A model generated the notes under the pieces. It ran no database searches, was not told where the DNA came from, and worked only from the letters and a program-made list of their open reading frames with translations. Source: Clostridia bacterium (lineage in GTDB: Bacteria > Bacillota > Clostridia > UMGS1883). From it: a stretch of DNA of 64,000 bases. Where the stretch lies: assembly GCA_045545295.1 (NCBI GenBank), contig JAZQAO010000017.1, positions 977 through 64,976 on the forward strand. Direction: 5' to 3'. Positions 10,663-20,251 of the stretch are shown here, in pieces. The translations under genes and the position numbers were made by a program. The first letter of the stretch is position 1, and each line of letters starts with the position of its first letter.

Positions 10663-10664
10663 TT

Positions 10665-11621
10665 ATGCTGAGTAAAATAGCAAACCATCTTTTCAGCCAG
10701 AAGTCCGTCGGTATTTTTGTTCACGAAAATCCTGACTGGGACTGTATAGGCAGTGCTTTTGCGCTACGCAACGCACTTCGCAGCAAAGGTATAACGGCAG
10801 ATATCCTGACCGATACAGCCCTTTCCCATCATCTTTCATTTATGGAAACAGATGTTGTCACTTTTACTGACGGCAGTACACATAATTATTATGACTGCTG
10901 CTGTGCAGTTGATGTGAACGATCCGGGTCGTATGGGGCGTTGGGGAAATATTTTTGCAAAGAGTGAAAATACAGTGTGTATTGACCATCATATAGCAAAA
11001 GATAACCTTGCAAACTTAAGCTATATTGAGCCTTCAAGAAGTGCCGTAGGTGAACTTATCTTTGAGCTTTTACTGTTTACCGATGTAGAGCTTACAAAAG
11101 AAATTGCAAGCTATATTTACTGTGCAATATCATCAGATACCGGTTCTTTTCAGTATTCATCTGTAAATAAGCGCACTTACGAAATACTGATAGCTCTTAC
11201 AGAAGCAGGCATTAATGCTACTTATCTTTCAAGTATGCTTTATGAGAGAAATACTCTTACTCAGCTCAAGCTCAAGGCGGAAACCATTAATTCAATCCGC
11301 CTCTATGGCGAGGGTAAGATCGCAATCACATCTGTAAGCTATGAAACACTTGAAAAATACAATGCTCTTCCCACAGATATAGATGCATTGGCACAGATTC
11401 CCAGAAGTATTGACGGAGTTTTTATGAGCGCTTTTATAAAAGAAGTTGAAAAAGGTAACATTCGTGTCAGTCTTCGTGCTCTCGGTGATTATAATATAGA
11501 GCCGGTTGCACGTATATTCGGTGGCGGTGGACACAAGAAAGCAGCAGGTTGCCGTTTCTCCGGGATAAGCATTGAAGAAGCTGAAAAAGCTCTTGTAGAT
11601 GAATTTTTGAAGTTGGTGTAA
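10665..11621 (+). CDS. nrnA: DHH-family phosphoesterase (NrnA-like oligoribonuclease/pAp phosphatase)
   Basis: 318 aa with DHH/DHHA1 patterns (DWDCIGS, IDHH, GGGGHKKAAG). Confidence 0.8.
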   Translation: MLSKIANHLFSQKSVGIFVHENPDWDCIGSAFALRNALRSKGITADILTDTALSHHLSFMETDVVTFTDGSTHNYYDCCCAVDVNDPGRMGRWGNIFAKSENTVCIDHHIAKDNLANLSYIEPSRSAVGELIFELLLFTDVELTKEIASYIYCAISSDTGSFQYSSVNKRTYEILIALTEAGINATYLSSMLYERNTLTQLKLKAETINSIRLYGEGKIAITSVSYETLEKYNALPTDIDALAQIPRSIDGVFMSAFIKEVEKGNIRVSLRALGDYNIEPVARIFGGGGHKKAAGCRFSGISIEEAEKALVDEFLKLV

Positions 11622-11624
11622 ATT

Positions 11625-12524
11625 ATGCAAAGCGCAGAAAAATGCGGCATTATTATAATGAATAAGCCTAAAGGCGGCTCGTCACACAAATGTGTAGGTA
11701 TAGTGCGCAAAGCTATGAATATGAAAAAAGTCGGTCATACAGGAACGCTTGACCCTGAGGCAAGCGGTGTGCTCCCCATTCTTATAGGAACAGCCACCAG
11801 GGCAGCTGAGTTTCTCACAGCCGAGGACAAAAAGTATAAGGCTACAATTCTGCTTGGAACAAGAACAGATACTCTTGATATGGCAGGAACTGTTCTGGAG
11901 GAAAATCCCGTTTCAGTTACGGAGGATGAAGTTCGTGACGTTATTGCATCTTTTGTAGGTGATATTTCGCAGATACCGCCTATGTACAGTGCAATTCAGG
12001 TAAACGGACAGAGGCTTTATCACCTTGCAAGACAGGGCATTGATATAGAAAGAGAAGCACGTAATGTTACTATATTTTCTATTGATATAGAGGATATTTC
12101 TCTTCCCTATGTAACGATTAATGTACATTGCAGTAAAGGTACATACATCCGCACACTTGCGTCTGATATTGGCGACAAGCTCGGTTGCGGAGGATGTATA
12201 GGTGAGCTTTGCCGTACCGCATCCGGCATTTACAGCATTGAAAATGCAATTACTCCTGAAGATTTGTTAAAGCTGGCTGAGGAAGGCAGAACCGACGAGG
12301 TTTTAATTCCGGTTGATACGGCATTTTCACAGTATGGTGCTATTCACCTTGATAAGAAAAAGGCTGACCGCGTAAAGAATGGCGTACCGATATACTACAA
12401 AGGCAAAAAACAGGGAAACTTCTACCGTGTGTATGATGAAAACGGTATATTTATCGCACTGTCACAGGCTGACACTGTTGATGAGAGAGAATGTCTTAAA
12501 CTTATAAAGGGGTTTTATAAATGA
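11625..12524 (+). CDS. truB: tRNA pseudouridine(55) synthase TruB
   Basis: 299 aa with the HTGTLDPEASGVLPI catalytic motif. Confidence 0.92.
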   Translation: MQSAEKCGIIIMNKPKGGSSHKCVGIVRKAMNMKKVGHTGTLDPEASGVLPILIGTATRAAEFLTAEDKKYKATILLGTRTDTLDMAGTVLEENPVSVTEDEVRDVIASFVGDISQIPPMYSAIQVNGQRLYHLARQGIDIEREARNVTIFSIDIEDISLPYVTINVHCSKGTYIRTLASDIGDKLGCGGCIGELCRTASGIYSIENAITPEDLLKLAEEGRTDEVLIPVDTAFSQYGAIHLDKKKADRVKNGVPIYYKGKKQGNFYRVYDENGIFIALSQADTVDERECLKLIKGFYK

Positions 12525-13390
12525 GAGGGGCCTCAATAGCACTCGGTTTTTTTGACGGAGTGCATATTGCACATCAAAAGATAATAACCTCCGCAGTTAA
12601 TTTTGCGGAGGCTGCTTGTCTTTCTCCCATTGCACTGACTTTTGACAAATCCCCCCTTGAAATACTTGCTCCCGAAAAGGTACATTATCTTACTACTGCA
12701 CAAGAAAAGGCTGATTTAATAAAATCCCTCAGTGCAGAAACGAAATTTCTTGTGATTTCAAAGGAGCTTCTTGCTATGACTCCGGAGGATTTTGTCCGAG
12801 ATGTACTTGTAGACAGATTCAATATTAAACACGCGGTCTGCGGATATAATTACTGTTTCGGAAAAAACGGAAGCGGTGATACAGATTTGTTATGTAAGTT
12901 AGGTAATAAATACGGTTTTACAGTATATGTTTCTGACAAAATCACACACCTTGGTACAGACGTTTCTTCAAGCAGTATCAGAAAACTCCTTTCTGAGGGG
13001 AATATCACGCTTGCAAATACGCTTTTGGGCAGACCGTTTACTCTTTCGGGTACAGTTGTCGAAGGAAAGCATTTGGGTAATAAACTCGGTTTTCCTACTG
13101 CAAATGTATTCTTTCCCGAAAAATCAGCTACTCCACTTTGCGGTGTATACAAAACGCTTGCAGAGGTTGAAGGAGTAAAAATGCCCGCAATAACCAACGT
13201 AGGTATTAACCCCACCATTGGTGGTGAAAAAATGCGAAGTGAGACGCATATTCCCGGATTTTCAGAAAGCATTTACGGCAAAGAAATTAAAATCGAGTTT
13301 ATAGATTTTATCAGAAAAGAAAGAAAATTCCAATCCATTGAAGAACTAAAACAGCAGATTGAAAAAGACATAAAAGGAGGATGTATATGA
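12521..13390 (+). CDS. ribF: Bifunctional riboflavin kinase / FMN adenylyltransferase
   Basis: 289 aa with the GFFDGVHIAH motif and C-terminal kinase motifs (GFPTAN, E.H). It has an ATGA overlap with truB. Confidence 0.9.
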   Translation: MRGASIALGFFDGVHIAHQKIITSAVNFAEAACLSPIALTFDKSPLEILAPEKVHYLTTAQEKADLIKSLSAETKFLVISKELLAMTPEDFVRDVLVDRFNIKHAVCGYNYCFGKNGSGDTDLLCKLGNKYGFTVYVSDKITHLGTDVSSSSIRKLLSEGNITLANTLLGRPFTLSGTVVEGKHLGNKLGFPTANVFFPEKSATPLCGVYKTLAEVEGVKMPAITNVGINPTIGGEKMRSETHIPGFSESIYGKEIKIEFIDFIRKERKFQSIEELKQQIEKDIKGGCI

Positions 13391-14232
13391 AAACAGGTAT
13401 AGTGCTTGAAGGCGGTGCAAGCCGTGCTTATTTTACTGTAGGCGTACTTGATGCTCTCCACGATATTGGTATAAAAGCAGACTACCTGATTGGTACATCT
13501 GCAGGTATTGCAAACGGAGTATCCTTTGTATCGGGTCAGAGAGGCAGAAACCTTGAGATAGGTCTTCGTTATCTTCCCGACAAGCGTTATATGGGAATAA
13601 AACATCTTCTTAACCCTAAAAACCGTAGTCTATATAACCTTAACTTCGTGTTTAGCGATATTCCCAACATTCATCTGCCTTTTGACTATGATGCTTATGA
13701 TTCCTCCGGTTGCACAACTCTCGCCGCACTTACCAACATCGAAACCGGTGAGTGTGAATTTCACGAGGTGAAATCAAGCGACAAGGAGTGGAAAACTGTT
13801 ATTGCCAGTTGTGCTCTTCCCCTTTTGTTTCAGCCGGTTAATATTGGTGGCAAGCTTTATCTTGACGGAGGTATTACCGTTCCAATTCCGGTAGATAAAG
13901 CAATTGAAGACGGATGTGACAGAATTATTGTTGTTACAACCCGCGAACGCAGCTATGTAAAACAGAAAGAATCTGCGATAAATATAGTAACACAGCTTTA
14001 TAAGAAATACCCCCGTTTCACCGCGGCAATGCAGTCCCGCACAAGGGTTTATAATGAAAATCACACACACGTGCTTGAACTTGAAAAGGAAGGTAGAATC
14101 ATTCATATTGCCCCCGAGGTAGATACCTCTGAATGGAAACGCACAGAACGCGATAATAAAGCTATCCAGACAATGTATGACGAAGGATATAAAACAGCAA
14201 TGAAGTATAAAGATACAATAAAGAAAGGTTGA
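13387..14232 (+). CDS. Patatin-like phospholipase
   Basis: GGASRAYF and GTSAGI (GxSxG) motifs. The ATG at 13387 overlaps the ribF stop (ATGA), with AAAGGAGG 6 nt upstream. The last six codons lie inside a palindrome. Confidence 0.8.
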   Translation: MKTGIVLEGGASRAYFTVGVLDALHDIGIKADYLIGTSAGIANGVSFVSGQRGRNLEIGLRYLPDKRYMGIKHLLNPKNRSLYNLNFVFSDIPNIHLPFDYDAYDSSGCTTLAALTNIETGECEFHEVKSSDKEWKTVIASCALPLLFQPVNIGGKLYLDGGITVPIPVDKAIEDGCDRIIVVTTRERSYVKQKESAINIVTQLYKKYPRFTAAMQSRTRVYNENHTHVLELEKEGRIIHIAPEVDTSEWKRTERDNKAIQTMYDEGYKTAMKYKDTIKKG

Positions 14233-14260
14233 GCTATGCTCAACCTTTCTTTATTGTATC
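14212..14260. terminator. Perfect 23-bp inverted repeat (3-nt loop), probably a bidirectional terminator, containing both convergent stop codons
   Basis: GATACAATAAAGAAAGGTTGAGC-TAT-GCTCAACCTTTCTTTATTGTATC. The patatin stop lies at 14230-14232 and the rarA stop at 14240-14242. Confidence 0.7.
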
Positions 14261-15502
14261 CCAGTAACTTTTAGTCTGCGATTCCAGTTTGTTATCTCCG
14301 TACTGATAGTATTTTCTGCCGAGAAGTGTGTCGGGCAGATATTGTTGTTTCACATAACTATGTGGGTATGCGTGGGGATATTTATATCCGTTTCCATGTC
14401 CAAGTGATGCTGCACCACCATAGTGGGAATCCTTAAGATGTGCAGGAATATCACCCATTAATCCGTCGTTAATATCCGAAAGTGCTGCATCAATACCGCA
14501 GATTGCACTGTTTGACTTGGGCGCTGTCGCAAGCATAATTACTGCCTCCGCAAGGGGAATCCTTGCCTCCGGAAAACCAAGCTGAAGCGCTGCATCAACG
14601 CAGGATTTCGTAATAACTATTGCATTGGGGTACGCAAGTCCGATATCCTCTGCCGCCATTACAAGAATTCTTCTGCAAATGCTCTGCAAATCCCCCGCTG
14701 CAACCAAGCGCGCCAGATAATGAAGTGCCGCATCGGGGTCACTTCCCCGCACTGACTTCTGAAACGCACTCAACACATCGTAATGACTGTCACCGTCACG
14801 GTCATGGCGGAACGCTTTTTTCATTGTAACAGATTCTGCCAAATTAAGGTCTATGACTATATTATTATCTGCATCGGGCTTACCTGCCATAATGGCAACC
14901 TCAAGGGAATTGAGTGCTTTTCTTACGTCACCGCAGGCAGACTGTGCCATGTGGTCGTAAGCTTCCTCGTCTATTTTAAGAGAGTAGTCCTCACTTAATT
15001 TTTCAGTTGCTCTTTTAAGAGCCTCTTTAACATCTTCAGGCTCAACAGGGTTGAATTCAAATACCGTAGAACGTGATAAAATCGCATTGTATATGTAAAA
15101 ATAGGGATTTTCTGTAGTGGATGCAATAAGTGTTACCTTTCCGTTTTCAATACATTCAAGAAGGCTCTGCTGCTGCTTTTTGTTAAAATTCTGAATCTCG
15201 TCAAGATACAGCACAACACCATCTGCACCAAGCATTGTTTCCGCTTCCTGAAGCATTGACTTAATATCGGATACCGATGCATTGGTTGCATTAAGCTTAT
15301 AGAGAGGCTTCCCTGCTTTCTGCGCGGCAATATTTGCAACGGTGGTTTTTCCAATACCGCTGGGGCCGTAAAAAATCATATTGGGAATTTCTCCGCTTTG
15401 TATTATATTGTAAAGCACCTTACCTTCACCGAGAATGTGTTTTTGTCCCACAACGTCCTCAAGTGATACCGGGCGCATTCTGTCTGCCAAAGGTTTACGC
15501 AT
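14240..15502 (-). CDS. rarA: Replication-associated recombination protein A (RarA/MgsA AAA+ ATPase)
   Basis: The likely start is MRKPLADRMRP at 15502. It has the Walker A motif GPSGIGKTT and the MgsA C-terminal pattern (HYDVLSAFQKSVRGSDPDAALHY). Confidence 0.9.
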   Translation of the reverse strand: MRKPLADRMRPVSLEDVVGQKHILGEGKVLYNIIQSGEIPNMIFYGPSGIGKTTVANIAAQKAGKPLYKLNATNASVSDIKSMLQEAETMLGADGVVLYLDEIQNFNKKQQQSLLECIENGKVTLIASTTENPYFYIYNAILSRSTVFEFNPVEPEDVKEALKRATEKLSEDYSLKIDEEAYDHMAQSACGDVRKALNSLEVAIMAGKPDADNNIVIDLNLAESVTMKKAFRHDRDGDSHYDVLSAFQKSVRGSDPDAALHYLARLVAAGDLQSICRRILVMAAEDIGLAYPNAIVITKSCVDAALQLGFPEARIPLAEAVIMLATAPKSNSAICGIDAALSDINDGLMGDIPAHLKDSHYGGAASLGHGNGYKYPHAYPHSYVKQQYLPDTLLGRKYYQYGDNKLESQTKSYWDTIKKG

Positions 15503-15588
15503 GCTTTTTTCACCTCTTTGTATATTATACAAAGTTTTTCTTTCAAAAACAAGAGAATTATGATAAAATGTAGTTATTAAGAGAATAA

Positions 15589-15750
15589 AAAAGTGTAAAC
15601 TACACTTTTTAAATGCGAAATTCGGAGTGCGAAGTGCGAAGTGACGGTTAATTTTTGCTGAAGCAAAAATTCTTGATTTGTAAAAAGGCTTTCTCTGTTG
15701 AGAAAACCATCCATCATTTCGAATTTCGAACTTTACATTTCGAATTAATC
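15589..15750 (+). repeat. Family-1 intergenic element, full two-arm palindromic form
   Basis: The AT hairpin AAAAAGTGTA-AAC-TACACTTTTT lies at 15589-15611. The forward GC-type arm AAATGCGAAATTCGGAGTGCGAAGTGCGAAGTGAC lies at 15611-15645. Two hairpins lie at 15650-15671 and 15687-15708. The reverse AT-type arm CCATCATTTCGAATTTCGAACTTTACATTTCGAATTA lies at 15711-15747. Confidence 0.75.
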
Positions 15751-15805
15751 AAGCCTGTTCTTAACATTTTTTCTATTCCCTTATCTACTACAGGAGGCGA
15801 TAAAA

Positions 15806-16444
15806 TTGACACGAAAAGAACGTGCAGAAAAATTCTGCGAAATACTCAAAGAACTTTACCCGGAAGCAATCTGCTCACTTAACTATACAACTCCTCTCGA
15901 GCTTCTTATAGCAACACAGCTTTCTGCACAATGCACAGATGCAAGGGTGAATATAGTGACAGAAACTTTATTCAAAAAATACCCAGATGTTTCTGCCTTT
16001 GCAAGCGCATCTCAGAAAGAACTTGAAAAAGACATTCACTCAATAGGTTTCTACCATAACAAAGCAAAGAATGTAATTAACTGTTGCCGTAAAATCATTG
16101 ATAATTTTAACGGAGAAGTTCCCGACACTATGGAAGACCTGCTTACTCTTGACGGCGTAGGAAGAAAAACCGCCAACCTTGTTCTCGGAGACCTTTTCGG
16201 AAAAGGCGGTATGGTAATCGACACCCACGCAAAAAGAATTCTTTACAGAGTAGGTCTTACAAAAGAAACTGAGCCGCTGAAAGTCGAAAAAGATACAGAA
16301 AAACTCCTTCCAAGATCAGAGCACAGCGACTTCTGTCACCGACTGGTACTTCACGGAAGGGCTCTCTGTACAGCCAGAAGCCCTAAATGCACTGAATGTG
16401 CCGCTAATGAAATTTGCAAAAAAACGGAAATCAAGAATAATTAA
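15806..16444 (+). CDS. nth: Endonuclease III
   Basis: 212 aa with a TTG start and AGGAGG 8 nt upstream. It has an HhH motif (LDGVGRKTANLV) and the Fe-S cluster motif CTARSPKCTECAANEIC. Confidence 0.92.
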   Translation: MTRKERAEKFCEILKELYPEAICSLNYTTPLELLIATQLSAQCTDARVNIVTETLFKKYPDVSAFASASQKELEKDIHSIGFYHNKAKNVINCCRKIIDNFNGEVPDTMEDLLTLDGVGRKTANLVLGDLFGKGGMVIDTHAKRILYRVGLTKETEPLKVEKDTEKLLPRSEHSDFCHRLVLHGRALCTARSPKCTECAANEICKKTEIKNN

Positions 16445-16515
16445 AATATATGTTGAAAAACAATTCAGATTATTATATAATATATGTTGATATAAATTAT
16501 TCGGAGGGAATAATT

Positions 16516-17406
16516 ATGAAAAACGAAAAAAGTAATTCTCAACCGCAAAATCAAGGAAAAGATTTTGAAGTGCTCGGAGCAAAATTCTCACCTTATCAGG
16601 AAAATACTTACGGCGAGGGTGAAGATGAGTTTAAGGGGTTCAGAACAAGAAAAGATTATATCCTTGACTCACTCCAACGCTACTGGGAAAACTGCAAGGT
16701 GATGATGATGAGTTCGCTCGGTCACATGCGAAGTCCCGTTACAATTATTGTTATGATACTGCTTATAGCCATTTACATACTTTTAGGTTGGGCAGGTTCT
16801 ATCGAATTTCAGTATTATAATATAAATATTGAGCAGTATATAACTACAAATCTTGACATTATAGTGAATGCCGTTTTAGGTTATTTCTTTGGTCCTGTAA
16901 CCTGTGCAATAGGTGTTGCACTGTGTACAATTGTAAGGATGATTGTAAAACTTCAGCGTTTCTACGCAATTTATTTTATATGCGCGACAGTTGCAGGCTT
17001 TCTGCACGGCTGGCTTTTGTACAGGCATAAGACAATGTGGTTTGGGACAAGATTCCGCGGTTTTTACACCGACCTTTTGTCAAAGGTTGCTTCTACAAGA
17101 TTTGCAGTATCAACATTTATAAATGTTCTTCTTATGGCGATTCTCTACAAAATAATGTATGATTATCCCTTTAACGAATATCTTTTACACTATTCAAAGG
17201 GCGGTTTTGAGCCGCTTACATCTCTTTATGGATTTTTCTCGGTATTTATAGTAAGCCTTATATTCGAAACTCTTATTGTGTACATTGCCCTTGTTGTAAT
17301 CAATTTTATTATCAGCAGAGCTTTCCCGTCACAGTTTGATGAACCGACAATTATAGTAAATGAATCCGGCGAAATTATAAATCCCGATGAAGACAATCTG
17401 TTCTGA
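16516..17406 (+). CDS. Integral membrane protein (possibly ECF-transporter S-component-like)
   Basis: I prefer the start MKNEKSN, with GGAGGG upstream. A hydrophilic N-terminus is followed by about 5-6 hydrophobic segments. The family assignment is weak. Confidence 0.4.
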   Translation: MKNEKSNSQPQNQGKDFEVLGAKFSPYQENTYGEGEDEFKGFRTRKDYILDSLQRYWENCKVMMMSSLGHMRSPVTIIVMILLIAIYILLGWAGSIEFQYYNINIEQYITTNLDIIVNAVLGYFFGPVTCAIGVALCTIVRMIVKLQRFYAIYFICATVAGFLHGWLLYRHKTMWFGTRFRGFYTDLLSKVASTRFAVSTFINVLLMAILYKIMYDYPFNEYLLHYSKGGFEPLTSLYGFFSVFIVSLIFETLIVYIALVVINFIISRAFPSQFDEPTIIVNESGEIINPDEDNLF

Positions 17407-17432
17407 CACATCACTTATCCGGAGGGTTAACT

Positions 17433-17963
17433 GTGGACTACTGTTTTGACGACAATCTTGATGTAAAGCTTATAGCTTTATTTATTATCGAAAATTTTAA
17501 AACACCTGTACCGAATTCATTTATAGTGGACACGCTTATGCTTGAGCCTTTTGTCAATTATTTTGACCTTCAGCAGAGGGTAGGCGAGCTTGAAGAGGAT
17601 GATTTTGTTACATTCTTTACAGAAGATGATGAGAGATTTTATTCCATCACTCAAAAAGGTCGTGAGGCACTTGGGTTTTTCAGTTCACGGATTCCGAAGA
17701 CAGTCCGGGAAAGACTCCTTCGCGCAATAAAAATCAAGGTGAAAGATCTTAAAAACGCTCTCAGTATTAAGGCTGAGTATCACAAAATCAACGATATTGA
17801 ATATAGCGTTTCCCTTGGCATTTCAGAAGGTAATTTTGATATGTTCAGCCTCACGATTTCCGTAGGAGACGAAATTATGGCAAAGAAAATGTGTGGCGCA
17901 TTCAAGAATAATCCGCAGTCAATGTACAGCGAATTTCTTTCTGTACTGACAAAAAACATTTAA
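17433..17963 (+). CDS. DUF4364-family protein
   Basis: 176 aa with a GTG start and GGAGGG upstream. The N-terminal pattern (KLIALFIIENFKTPVPNSFIVDTLMLEPFVNYFDLQQ) matches my recollection of clostridial DUF4364 proteins. Confidence 0.55.
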   Translation: MDYCFDDNLDVKLIALFIIENFKTPVPNSFIVDTLMLEPFVNYFDLQQRVGELEEDDFVTFFTEDDERFYSITQKGREALGFFSSRIPKTVRERLLRAIKIKVKDLKNALSIKAEYHKINDIEYSVSLGISEGNFDMFSLTISVGDEIMAKKMCGAFKNNPQSMYSEFLSVLTKNI

Positions 17964-17975
17964 AGGAGAGACAGT

Positions 17976-19157
17976 ATGGATATTTCACAGCTCAAAAAAG
18001 AATTTATAACACTCTACGGCGGAGAAGAAAGTGACATCCGCATATTCCATTCCCCCGGCAGAGTTAATCTTATAGGCGAACATACAGACTACAACGGAGG
18101 GTTTGTTTTTCCCGCGGCACTTACTATGGGTACAACCATTGCTCTTCGCCCAAACGGGAAAAACGTTATTCATTTAAAGGCAACAGACCTTCCCGATTTT
18201 GTTGAGCTTGATATAGATAATCTTGACTCTTACCGTGATCTGTGGTGGGGTAATTATCAGGCAGGTGTATGCTTGGAGCTTCAGAAAAGCGGTTACGACA
18301 TTATCGGTTGCGATATGCTTTACGATGATACTCTTCCCCACGGCGGCGGACTTTCATCCTCAGCTGCAATCGAAGTTTGTACAGCACTTGCCCTTGCAAC
18401 ACTTTCTAACGAGAAAAACGGTAAATCTGCTCCCGATATGACAGAAATGGCATTTATCGGTCAGAGTGCGGAGCACAACTACTGTAACGTAAAGTGTGGT
18501 ATTATGGACCAGTTTGCTTCTGCAAAGGGTAAGAAAAACCACGCTATATACCTTGACTGTAAGAGTATGAATTATCAGCTTGTCCCTCTTAAAATGGACG
18601 GATGCAAGCTTGTTATTACAAACACAAACAAAAAGCATTCCCTAGCTTCAAGTAAATACAACGAACGCAGAGGCGAATGCGAAATGGGACTTGAAATTCT
18701 TAAGAAATCTCTCCCCGATATAAAATGCCTCGGTGATGTGACAGTTGAAATGTTCGAAGCCGTTAAAGGCACAGTTAAAGATGAAATAGTTCTTAAAAGA
18801 ATTACCCACGTTATATATGAGGATGACAGAGTTCTCAAGAGTATTGATGCCCTTGAAAGCGGAAATATTGAGCTTTTCGGCAAGCTTATGAATGAGAGCC
18901 ACGATTCACTGCGTGACCTTTATGAGGTAACGGGAATTGAGCTTGACACACTTGTTGAAGAGGCTAGAAAAATTGACGGTGTTCTCGGTTCAAGAATGAC
19001 AGGTGCAGGCTTTGGCGGAAGTACTGTTTCCATTGTTAAGGAAGAAGCTATCGACGAATTCATCGAAAAAGTTACTAAAAATTACACTGAGAAAATCGGT
19101 TATGCCCCCACCGTACTTATCGACGACATTGGCGACGGCGGAATGGAGATATTATGA
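17976..19157 (+). CDS. galK: Galactokinase
   Basis: 393 aa with the signature GRVNLIGEHTDYNGG and the GHMP motif PHGGGLSSSAA. Confidence 0.95.
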   Translation: MDISQLKKEFITLYGGEESDIRIFHSPGRVNLIGEHTDYNGGFVFPAALTMGTTIALRPNGKNVIHLKATDLPDFVELDIDNLDSYRDLWWGNYQAGVCLELQKSGYDIIGCDMLYDDTLPHGGGLSSSAAIEVCTALALATLSNEKNGKSAPDMTEMAFIGQSAEHNYCNVKCGIMDQFASAKGKKNHAIYLDCKSMNYQLVPLKMDGCKLVITNTNKKHSLASSKYNERRGECEMGLEILKKSLPDIKCLGDVTVEMFEAVKGTVKDEIVLKRITHVIYEDDRVLKSIDALESGNIELFGKLMNESHDSLRDLYEVTGIELDTLVEEARKIDGVLGSRMTGAGFGGSTVSIVKEEAIDEFIEKVTKNYTEKIGYAPTVLIDDIGDGGMEIL

Positions 19158-20251
19158 AAAGGCAGATAATTGATGCACACTATCATAATTGTCAGTGGTT
19201 TTCCCACGGGCAGACATTCCTTGAATTTCAGCAGGAATATCGTGAAAAATGCGGTGTGACGGGTTTTTCACTCCTTTGCGTACCCTCAATCAAGGGACAG
19301 GCTACACATTTTTGCCCTGCACAGAATATCCTCGGTGCTATTTCAAAGCTTGAGGATAAAACAAATTCTACATACGTATATGGTGGTCTTTTCTACCCCG
19401 ATGCACCGATTATTCCTGAAAAAACTGCAGAATATAACTTTAAAGCACAGGCTGAAACTCTTATGGAAATCGGTTTTGACGGTATGAAAATGTTTGAGTC
19501 AAAGCCTACTATTAATAAGAAGCTTAAATACGGTGTTGACAGAGAGGGGTATGAGGAATATTTTTCTTACCTTGAAGAAAATGAAATTCCTCTTCTTATG
19601 CACGTTAACGACCCCCACAATTTCTGGGACCCTGAAACGGCACCGCCTCTTGCCCGTCAGAACGGCTGGTTTTACGGGGATGGTACTTTTGCCACAAAGG
19701 AAGAAATATATGCACAGGTTTATAATGTGCTTGAACGCCATCCGAAACTTAAGGTGACGCTTCCCCACGGATTTTTCCTTTGTGACGGTCCCGAAGGTTT
19801 ATCACATCTTTTTGATACTTACGAAAACGTATACACAGACCTTGCCCCCGGCCCTGTATTTTTAGAGGCAATGTCCACCGATTACGAAAACTGGAAAACA
19901 TTTTTTAATAAATATTATAAGAGAATACTTTTTGCAACAGATGCAAAGAACTTCTCGCCATTCCCCCTTACAGACAGGCTTTTTAACGATGTATACCGCT
20001 TTATTGCAACAGACGATGTATACAGTGCATTTGACTATTACGACAGCGAGTGTACTCTTCACGGAATGGGACTTGACGAGGAGAAACTTCAGGCAGTTCT
20101 TGCAGGAAACTACCTTGATATTGTCGGACACAAAGCACCGAAAGAAATTGACCGCAAGGCGCTTGGAAAATATATCGAAGAATTTATTCCTAATCTTGTG
20201 GACGGAGAAACAAAAGACGAGATTATAAAGTATTATAAGGAGAAATTTTAA
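19154..20251 (+). CDS. Amidohydrolase_2-like metal-dependent hydrolase (paralog A)
   Basis: 365 aa with an IIDAHYH N-terminal metal motif and a late FATDA motif. It has an ATGA overlap with galK. Confidence 0.6.
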   Translation: MKRQIIDAHYHNCQWFSHGQTFLEFQQEYREKCGVTGFSLLCVPSIKGQATHFCPAQNILGAISKLEDKTNSTYVYGGLFYPDAPIIPEKTAEYNFKAQAETLMEIGFDGMKMFESKPTINKKLKYGVDREGYEEYFSYLEENEIPLLMHVNDPHNFWDPETAPPLARQNGWFYGDGTFATKEEIYAQVYNVLERHPKLKVTLPHGFFLCDGPEGLSHLFDTYENVYTDLAPGPVFLEAMSTDYENWKTFFNKYYKRILFATDAKNFSPFPLTDRLFNDVYRFIATDDVYSAFDYYDSECTLHGMGLDEEKLQAVLAGNYLDIVGHKAPKEIDRKALGKYIEEFIPNLVDGETKDEIIKYYKEKF

